Shown: positions 57,949 through 64,000 of the stretch, one piece after another | How the letters are laid out: each line of letters begins with the position of its first letter | How positions within the stretch are numbered: the first letter of the stretch is position 1 | From: an uncultured Candidatus Saccharibacteria bacterium | GTDB taxonomy: Bacteria > Patescibacteriota > Minisyncoccia > Phycocordibacterales > UBA2100 | Direction of reading: 5' to 3' | DNA: 64,000 nucleotides | NCBI GenBank assembly: GCA_964623775.1 | Contig: CAZUVH010000002.1 | Coordinates: 110,454-174,453, forward strand | Notes under the pieces: model-generated | What the model was told of the DNA's origin: nothing | Databases searched by the model: none | The model's input: the letters and a program-made list of their open reading frames with translations, nothing else | Made by a program: the position numbers and the translations under genes

Positions 57949-58764
57949 ATGCCTTTGCGAGGTATCGTGAAAAAGGCGCAGGATCAGGGGCCGCGCAGCT
58001 ATCAGGAGGATTTCATCGTTCACATTCCATTCGATCTCCCCCATGAACGGGGACACCTTATTGGCGTGTTCGATGGTCATGGCGGCGTAGATGCCGCCAA
58101 AGTGTGCGCAGCAGCGACGCCAAAATTCTTTTCTCCAAATGGCAATGACGACGCGGGAGAACTGCTGCGTCATCTTGTTGGTGAACTGAATGTGCTCACG
58201 TGCGAAATGCAATGCGGGACGACGGTGTCGCTCGCGTGCATCCTCGAAACGAGCCGTACGGTGGTAACTGCGACACTTGGCGACTCACCGATCGTCGTTC
58301 GTGATGTGAATGGATTGATCCGGACGAACAATCCGCACAATGTACGGTCGAATGAATCAGAGCGTCGAACGGCAATTTTGCGGGGTGGTTGGTACAACGA
58401 CGAGGATGGCTACCTCGTCGACGCCAATGACCGCGACGGTCCCGGTCTTCAAACGACGCGCGGTCTTGGGGACCGTTGGCTTGGTAAAGTACTCAGCCGT
58501 GAACCGGAGATCGAAACGTACGGCATTGGGGACACAAGCGCGATCATCGTCGGCTCGGATGGCTTAATGGAACCGGAACGTCTTAATCGCTACGTGCGAC
58601 GCAAAGGCACAACTGATGCGAAACTATTCCTTGAGATGACGAACGCTGCTACGCAGGTCTCGAGCGCACGCGGACTAATCGATTGGAGAAAATCTCAGGA
58701 TGAGCTTGACGACAACACCTCCGCGATCGTCTGGCGTCCACGCCGTTGGTGGGAATTGTTCTGA
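57949..58764 (+). CDS. PP2C family Ser/Thr protein phosphatase
   Basis: GVFDGHGG, LGDS, RGLGD, VGSDGL metal-binding motifs; GGGAG SD before MPLRGI. Confidence 0.85.
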   Translation: MPLRGIVKKAQDQGPRSYQEDFIVHIPFDLPHERGHLIGVFDGHGGVDAAKVCAAATPKFFSPNGNDDAGELLRHLVGELNVLTCEMQCGTTVSLACILETSRTVVTATLGDSPIVVRDVNGLIRTNNPHNVRSNESERRTAILRGGWYNDEDGYLVDANDRDGPGLQTTRGLGDRWLGKVLSREPEIETYGIGDTSAIIVGSDGLMEPERLNRYVRRKGTTDAKLFLEMTNAATQVSSARGLIDWRKSQDELDDNTSAIVWRPRRWWELF

Positions 58765-58777
58765 TAGAAAAATTTCG

Positions 58778-58814
58778 GCCCGCAGGATCTGATCCTGCGG
58801 GCTTTCTTTTTTTT
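58778..58814 (+). terminator. intrinsic terminator (ggcccgcaggatc-tgatcctgcgggc + T12)
   Basis: Perfect 12-bp stem followed by tttcttttttttt. Confidence 0.65.
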
Positions 58815-58815
58815 G

Positions 58816-58848
58816 AAAAAAAAGACCCCGATCAATTTGATCGGGGTC
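58816..58848 (-). terminator. intrinsic terminator (gaccccgatc-aattt-gatcggggtc) of kinase-like gene 58858..60594
   Basis: Perfect 10-bp stem followed on minus strand by T8. Confidence 0.65.
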
Positions 58849-58857
58849 AAAGAACAA

Positions 58858-60594
58858 TTACCTCATCCGCAAGCTCCACACGGCACCGTTGTGGATGTAC
58901 ATGACTTTGTCATCCCAATTGGCGAGTGCCATGTCGGTTGCAACCTGCTTATCCTTGATCTTGTTCACCGTACCGCTTCGCGGCACGAAGATCACAAGCT
59001 CGCCGTCTTCGACGATGGTAGCGCACACACCTTTTGGCAGTATCGCGATGTTCAGATCGGCATTGTCCGTGCCTCCCTGCCACAGCGTATAACTGCTGTA
59101 ATCAGCGCTGAAGCTGAGCTCGAATTTCCGGAATGCACCGGTTTTGTCGATTCCTGCGAGTGAGACGAAGCGGTTGCCCGCTTTGCCCGCAAGCAGCTTT
59201 ATGCCATCGAGCTCTCGCACACGCACCGAGATACAGGCACTTTCGCCAAATGGCAGCACGAGGAACTGTGCGCCGAGCGCATCCTGAACTCCGACGCCGT
59301 CGTACCATTTTGTGGACTGCGGCGAGAGAATCTGAGTGCGCCGTCCGATCGAAAGGAGCGGGCGACCCACCTGCAGAAGCTGCAACTCCATCAATTCGCT
59401 TTCGGCGACAAGGAACAGACGGTTTTCAAAACGCACCGTCTTGTAACCGTTTTGCGCGAGCGGAAGCGATTGCTGCACACGCGTGCGATCGTCGATGAAT
59501 GAGTATGCCGGTTTCCCGAGGACCCAGTCAGCGAGCAGCCATCCATTTTCGACTTTGACGACTTCGCCGTTGCCCGAGCTCATGCGTCCGATATCACGCT
59601 TGGTGGTGAGATCGACCACGATACCCGAGGCAAGAAGCACCGCACCGCACGGATAGATCCGTACGACAGCATCGCCTGCTTTTTCGAATATCTTTTCGAA
59701 CACGAGCGCTCCTGTAGCCGTCGTCGTGACCCTGAGAGTTCGGGCTGCCGCAGGAATTGCTGCGACGCCCTTATCGTAGGGTGATGGCGGCACTGTGCGC
59801 ACGCCTTTTTCAAATGTCGCTTCGTACCAACCGAGGAGGGCATTCGGAACGCATTTGAAATCGCGTACTGCCGCGTTGAGCCCTACACCATTGTGGAAGA
59901 CTGAGGCGTTCGCTTTCATTCGCGCTTCCATATCGCCCGGCTTAAATCCGCTGAGTGATCCCCGGTACGGATGGATGCCCGTGAATATCTGGAAGGTCAC
60001 GATTCCCCATGAGAACCAGTCAGAGAGTTTCGTGTATCCATTTGTATGCCAATCTTTGATGGACGGCATGATTGCTTTCGGACCAAATCGGCCGACAGCC
60101 CATGAATCCACATCAATGGCACGCGGCTCCGGGCCGTTTTTGCCTGCGAGGAACGCAATCCAGTTGAGCTCATTGGCATCGACCATGACCGCATTTCGAT
60201 CATGCGCGAAGACAGTCGTCTCGTGCATACGAGCGACAAGTGTATGTGCTTCACCATCACCAAACTTTTCGCGATTGCGAAACGCGTTGGTGAAGATGCG
60301 AGGCAGTGCCTCACCTTCCGCCCACGGCATGTAGATGCCGATCGGCTTACCCTTACCATCAGTCACGACGCCTTCCGGTGCCATGATGTACTGATGCTTG
60401 AGAGGCTTCAGCAGCTGGATCTTCTCCGCAATGCCGTCGCGTCGCATCTTGTCGGGATCAGTGTAGAGCTTAATGCTCGTACCCAAAGAGCGGTAGACCG
60501 ATGCTTCTCCGCCGCTCGCGACATAGTCGCTCGGGCGAAGTGTCAACGGTCCACGACCTTCGAGTTCTACTTTCAGGTTTCCACTTGGAGCCAT
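58858..60594 (-). CDS. atypical protein-kinase-like protein with about 330-aa C-terminal domain
   Basis: Gly loop ASGGEASVY, Lys in SIKLY, DANELN catalytic-loop-like, IDVDSW (DFG position), DWFSWGIVTFQIFTGIHPY (subdomain IX-like); C-terminal region of unknown fold. Confidence 0.55.
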   Translation of the reverse strand: MAPSGNLKVELEGRGPLTLRPSDYVASGGEASVYRSLGTSIKLYTDPDKMRRDGIAEKIQLLKPLKHQYIMAPEGVVTDGKGKPIGIYMPWAEGEALPRIFTNAFRNREKFGDGEAHTLVARMHETTVFAHDRNAVMVDANELNWIAFLAGKNGPEPRAIDVDSWAVGRFGPKAIMPSIKDWHTNGYTKLSDWFSWGIVTFQIFTGIHPYRGSLSGFKPGDMEARMKANASVFHNGVGLNAAVRDFKCVPNALLGWYEATFEKGVRTVPPSPYDKGVAAIPAAARTLRVTTTATGALVFEKIFEKAGDAVVRIYPCGAVLLASGIVVDLTTKRDIGRMSSGNGEVVKVENGWLLADWVLGKPAYSFIDDRTRVQQSLPLAQNGYKTVRFENRLFLVAESELMELQLLQVGRPLLSIGRRTQILSPQSTKWYDGVGVQDALGAQFLVLPFGESACISVRVRELDGIKLLAGKAGNRFVSLAGIDKTGAFRKFELSFSADYSSYTLWQGGTDNADLNIAILPKGVCATIVEDGELVIFVPRSGTVNKIKDKQVATDMALANWDDKVMYIHNGAVWSLRMR

Positions 60595-61442
60595 CAGACG
60601 TCTCCTTCTTGGTGTTCGACGCGCACCATCGCATAGGCGATGTCGTCGAGCGGCCCTTTGCCTACCTTGCGCGCGTCTTTAACAAACGCATTCAGGCGTC
60701 GTTTAACGAAGACGCCTTCGACACCTTTGAACGCGAGCAGTTGCAGCACTACGTCTTTCCAATCCACTCCCTCGACCTGCGTGACGCCGTCGCTGAATAC
60801 AGCGACAAATGAGACTTGTTCCGGTGACAGATTCAAGGTAACACCCTGAATTCCCGCCGCGACCGTCAATTCACTTGCGAATGACTCTCCGGTCGATTTA
60901 TTCCACGTTTCCCATCTGAGCGCCTGCTTATATGCACCACCGTGAGTCTTTATGAATGACTCGTATCCGTCGGTACTGTAGGCAGGATAGAGAGGAGTAT
61001 TGTTGGTCCAATCGAAACGATGGAGAAACATCTCCCCATTCCTAAAAATGACCGCAACGACACCGTCGCCGCGAACATTTACAACGCATGTCTCTTGTGA
61101 CATGGCCACATACGAACACGTGGCAAGCATGTCACTCGTCTCAAGCTGAAGCTTGTTTTTCACAGCGTTCATAGTGCTCTGCTGATGGTCATTGATGAAC
61201 CCTGCCGCATCAAGAGAGAGTAAAAACGATTGCCAATTCTTACGAATCGCCGTTGCCGTCGTATGGGTCACTATTCGCGCACCCACATCGGTGTGTCCAC
61301 CACTTGAGCACCCGTCGGAGACGATCGCGTATGCGACGCCATCGTGAATTCCTGAGAGCGAGTGATCCTGACATGGTTTGCCGGAGATCACGTGATGGTG
61401 ACCGATCAGGAAGTGATCATCCGTATGGAATTTCAACTTCAT
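60594..61442 (-). CDS. PP2C-like phosphatase
   Basis: CQD..., VSDGCSSGGHTD (DGxGG-like), VRGDGVV, VFSDGV motifs in PPM order. Confidence 0.55.
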   Translation of the reverse strand: MKLKFHTDDHFLIGHHHVISGKPCQDHSLSGIHDGVAYAIVSDGCSSGGHTDVGARIVTHTTATAIRKNWQSFLLSLDAAGFINDHQQSTMNAVKNKLQLETSDMLATCSYVAMSQETCVVNVRGDGVVAVIFRNGEMFLHRFDWTNNTPLYPAYSTDGYESFIKTHGGAYKQALRWETWNKSTGESFASELTVAAGIQGVTLNLSPEQVSFVAVFSDGVTQVEGVDWKDVVLQLLAFKGVEGVFVKRRLNAFVKDARKVGKGPLDDIAYAMVRVEHQEGDV

Positions 61443-61513
61443 TGCATTTCCCCTTCTTCAGAAAAGAATAAGGGAGGGAGCTGTGCCCCCTCCCCGTGGT
61501 TGCCGGCCATCGA

Positions 61514-62269
61514 TCAGATGGCGGCGGCGATAGCTTGACTTGGTCCGCCCGTGCCCTGCGCGAGCGCCTGGCTCGAGACAGACTGCGAGACGAACGCGGC
61601 GAGCTTCGCGAGATTGCGCTCGGTCGCGTCGCCGGCCTTCCGATAGTGCGTCATGCCGGTCTTCTGCTGGAACGCCTGCAACGTCGCATCGTACTGGTCG
61701 GTATTGATGCCGACGAGAATCGAGATCAGGGATTCGAGCTTCTCGCTCGTGACCGCCTGCTCGAGCGCCTTCTTCAGTGCCGCTTCCGTCATCGTGGAAT
61801 CGAGCTCTGCACCATCAGAGAAGGTGAAGAGGATTCCATTCGCTCCGTAGTCGTTCTTCGCAAGCTCCTCGGCGTAGGTCAGTGTCGCTCCGACGCCTGA
61901 ATAACAGCCGTCGATAAGCGGAGTGCCACCGCCGATCTTGATGGAATCGTAGACAGTTTCGTCGATGTCCGCGAGTGGCTTGAAGCCATGGATCTCGATG
62001 ACACCCTTGTCGGCTCGCGTGGTAAACACGATTGCACGCACCATGATGTTGTCGGACATCGGATTCTTGCGACAGGCACCGACGGCCATCTTGACCATCT
62101 TGATGATTTCACCCCGGTACGGGATGACCGAGCTGCTGCCGTCGATCGCGAAGGTGACGAGCGTGTAGGTGCTCGCGCCGAGCCTGTCGAAGCGAGCGCC
62201 GGTAAATGCGAATCCGCCTTTGCCCGCGATGTTGAATTCCTGCATATCGTCTTGGTCGAGACGAGGCAT
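61514..62269 (-). CDS. vWA domain protein, TerY-like
   Basis: Start at MPRLDQDD with AAGGAGAT SD; MIDAS VTFAIDGSSSV; vWA-like alternating pattern. Confidence 0.6.
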   Translation of the reverse strand: MPRLDQDDMQEFNIAGKGGFAFTGARFDRLGASTYTLVTFAIDGSSSVIPYRGEIIKMVKMAVGACRKNPMSDNIMVRAIVFTTRADKGVIEIHGFKPLADIDETVYDSIKIGGGTPLIDGCYSGVGATLTYAEELAKNDYGANGILFTFSDGAELDSTMTEAALKKALEQAVTSEKLESLISILVGINTDQYDATLQAFQQKTGMTHYRKAGDATERNLAKLAAFVSQSVSSQALAQGTGGPSQAIAAAI

Positions 62270-62352
62270 AGTGGTATCTCCTTGCTGTTGCTGGTAGGTA
62301 GTTCTGCTGCGGGCGGAATTGCCCGCAGCCGTTGTTGCGATTGTGATTCCGA

Positions 62353-63270
62353 TTACGCGAGGAAGTCGGTCGACTTCATCAGCGTCATGCCGCGCGCTTC
62401 CATGTCTTTCAGGAATTGCGCTGCGATGGCGGGGAAGTCGACGACATTCGGGATCGCCGGTACGGGCGACATACAGTCGGTGAGAAGAATCATCTTCTTC
62501 ACGTGCTCGTCGCCGATGTTGTCGGCGATCTGCTCGACGGTACGCTTCACACAATGACTCGATGCCCAGCCCGCGACGCCGATCATATCGGCCTTCTGGA
62601 GCGTAGTAACGAGTCCCCCGTTCAGCTGCGTCGAAGGATCGTCCGGATCGACGACTTCCGCCATGAGGCCGCCGAAGTGCTCGCGCCACACGTTGGAACC
62701 CTTGGTGACCTTATTGGCAACACCCATGTACTTGCGTTCCCAACGCGTAACGGCGGCTTCGACATCGGACTGGACTCCGTGGCCCCACGTGCCGATACGG
62801 CAGTGCGGCGGCCAGATCGTGTGCTTGAAGGGACTTGTTGCTTCGAGCGCGACAAGATATTCCTGCTGGCGTTTTTGGTAAGCCGGATTGCGAGCGCGCC
62901 ACATGCCGGCCTTCATGTTGTCGGCCGTGATCATGGTGAACGGCCCCGGCGGTCTGCCGTTGTCGTCGCGCCACATATCAGGATGTCCGATATGCATCAC
63001 ATGATGCGAGTCGAGCGTTTCGTGGATGTCGTTCAGTTTGTGACCGACGCGATCGATAAGCGCCGCGAGGCGCTTGGCATCGGAAACAGCGCCCTTGACG
63101 GGGAGTGCCGCGACGTTCAGGGTCGAAGGAAGATCCTTGACCTTCATGTCGGACGAACGGATGTCACCACTGAGAATCGTCTCGGTGAGCGGACTGCCGT
63201 CGTCGTTGCCCATGAAGTCGTTCTGCGGGTCGACGATGAAAAGGTCGACCTTGAGAGTGCCTCTCGACAT
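62353..63270 (-). CDS. isochorismatase-family cysteine hydrolase (nicotinamidase-like)
   Basis: DLFIVDPQNDFMG N-terminal motif and catalytic-Cys region GWASSHCVKRTV. Confidence 0.55.
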   Translation of the reverse strand: MSRGTLKVDLFIVDPQNDFMGNDDGSPLTETILSGDIRSSDMKVKDLPSTLNVAALPVKGAVSDAKRLAALIDRVGHKLNDIHETLDSHHVMHIGHPDMWRDDNGRPPGPFTMITADNMKAGMWRARNPAYQKRQQEYLVALEATSPFKHTIWPPHCRIGTWGHGVQSDVEAAVTRWERKYMGVANKVTKGSNVWREHFGGLMAEVVDPDDPSTQLNGGLVTTLQKADMIGVAGWASSHCVKRTVEQIADNIGDEHVKKMILLTDCMSPVPAIPNVVDFPAIAAQFLKDMEARGMTLMKSTDFLA

Positions 63271-63443
63271 AGTGCTTCTCCAAGCTTGCAAGACCCGTTC
63301 AACTTCGGTGGGTCTTATAACCGTTTGTATTTCAAAGAACCTTGGTCCATGCCATATGCACTGACCTAGTGTATAAAATACACTAAGTAAAATACATTGC
63401 AAGGAGCTGCAGAAATCTACAATATTCGTCTAAAATGTCAACC

Positions 63444-63482
63444 AAAAAGAGCGGCCGCCTTACGGAGAGTAAGGCGGCCGCG
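63444..63482 (-). terminator. intrinsic terminator (gcggccgcctta-cggagag-taaggcggccgc)
   Basis: 12-bp perfect stem followed on minus strand by tcttttt. Confidence 0.65.
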
Positions 63483-63491
63483 TATGTAAAG

Positions 63492-63989
63492 TTACGGGCG
63501 TTTTGCGACGAGACGTGCTGCTTCGGAGATGATCTGTGTTGTCGAGGTGTGCTCGACGACATCACGAATAATCTTGATCTTGCCGGCGTGTTCCCTCCCG
63601 ACGATTTCCGCTTCCCGACCGACAAAAGCATCGTTTTTGAAAATAAAGTCGGGCTTTATGATGCGCGAAATCGTCCCATGATCGGCAAGGGAATGCATGA
63701 TGAATGCGAAGGCGACAGGCTTCAGCGCGTCTACCATCTGGACACGACGGGAGTCGTAAATGATGGGACGCCCTTCACCTTTCCGCTCACGTACCAATTC
63801 ATCAGAATCGATCCCGACGAAAAGAATGTCGCAGTCGCGCCGGCACCGCGTGAAAAAAAGCACGTGGTGATAGTGCAGGAGATCGTACGAACCGGTCGCG
63901 AGGCCGACAGACTTGCCCGACATACGCGCCTGATTGAGATACGTCTCGATGACGCTGATAGCATCCGTGTCGTGAAGATCGAATTGCAT
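63492..63989 (-). CDS. cytidylyltransferase-like nucleotidyltransferase (HxGH family)
   Basis: GLATGSYDLLHYHHV (HxGH-type motif) in a 165-aa Rossmann-like protein. Confidence 0.6.
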   Translation of the reverse strand: MQFDLHDTDAISVIETYLNQARMSGKSVGLATGSYDLLHYHHVLFFTRCRRDCDILFVGIDSDELVRERKGEGRPIIYDSRRVQMVDALKPVAFAFIMHSLADHGTISRIIKPDFIFKNDAFVGREAEIVGREHAGKIKIIRDVVEHTSTTQIISEAARLVAKRP

Positions 63990-64000
63990 CTCTTTCTCCC

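Noticed and set aside
62353-63402. Upstream extension of the isochorismatase-family ORF (MQCILLSVFYTLGQ...)
   Set aside because: The conserved N-terminal DLFIVDPQNDF motif begins right after the internal Met at 63270, and the extension has no homology, so the shorter CDS is preferred.
1-64000. Mobile elements, prophage or integron signatures
   Set aside because: No integrase, transposase, recombinase, phage structural genes or flanking long direct repeats were seen. The only tRNA (8536..8607) has no adjacent integrase.

Overview
This 64-kb window is a gene-dense bacterial chromosomal segment of roughly 55-57% GC. It holds about 75 protein-coding genes and one tRNA-Ala(TGC) that lacks an encoded CCA. 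I found no rRNA, CRISPR array, integrase or transposase.

Housekeeping core:
- Nucleotide excision repair: uvrA, uvrB, and a uvrC that stops right after its endonuclease domain and lacks the C-terminal (HhH)2.
- Cell wall and lipid carrier: ddl, murB, and a dgkA-PAP2-uppP cluster.
- Translation and central metabolism: tyrS, lysS, class I fructose-bisphosphate aldolase, gdhA, ald, guaC, pyrB, obg, msrA and an M29 aminopeptidase.

Accessory and regulatory content:
- A Fur-family (Zur-like) regulator + ZIP transporter + YibE/F operon, fronted by two near-identical TGCAAG-N3-CTTGCA palindromic operators that also face a divergent secreted-protein gene.
- An ECF sigma factor and a DUF5667-like membrane protein.
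- An ald-histidine kinase-response regulator operon.
- A sortase beside a DUF11 surface protein with an atypical C-terminal sorting signal, plus an acidic low-complexity secreted paralogue.
- A ClpP homologue with apparently substituted catalytic residues.
- An RRM RNA-binding protein with a long, terminator-containing leader.

Most notable finding: at about 54.5-63.3 kb sits a signalling island with two vWA-PP2C-Ser/Thr-kinase triads (TerY-P-like). One kinase is fused to a degenerate J-domain. The other is an atypical kinase-like protein with a large C-terminal domain. The island is flanked by a divergent pyruvate-kinase-like barrel protein and an isochorismatase-family hydrolase.

The organism cannot be identified from sequence alone. 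The gene style (many small secreted hypotheticals, RRM and KGG proteins, tRNA without CCA) is compatible with an uncultivated small-genome bacterium.

CDS coordinates follow the supplied ORF track with start codons refined where possible. Coordinates of non-CDS features are approximate (+/- 2 nt).
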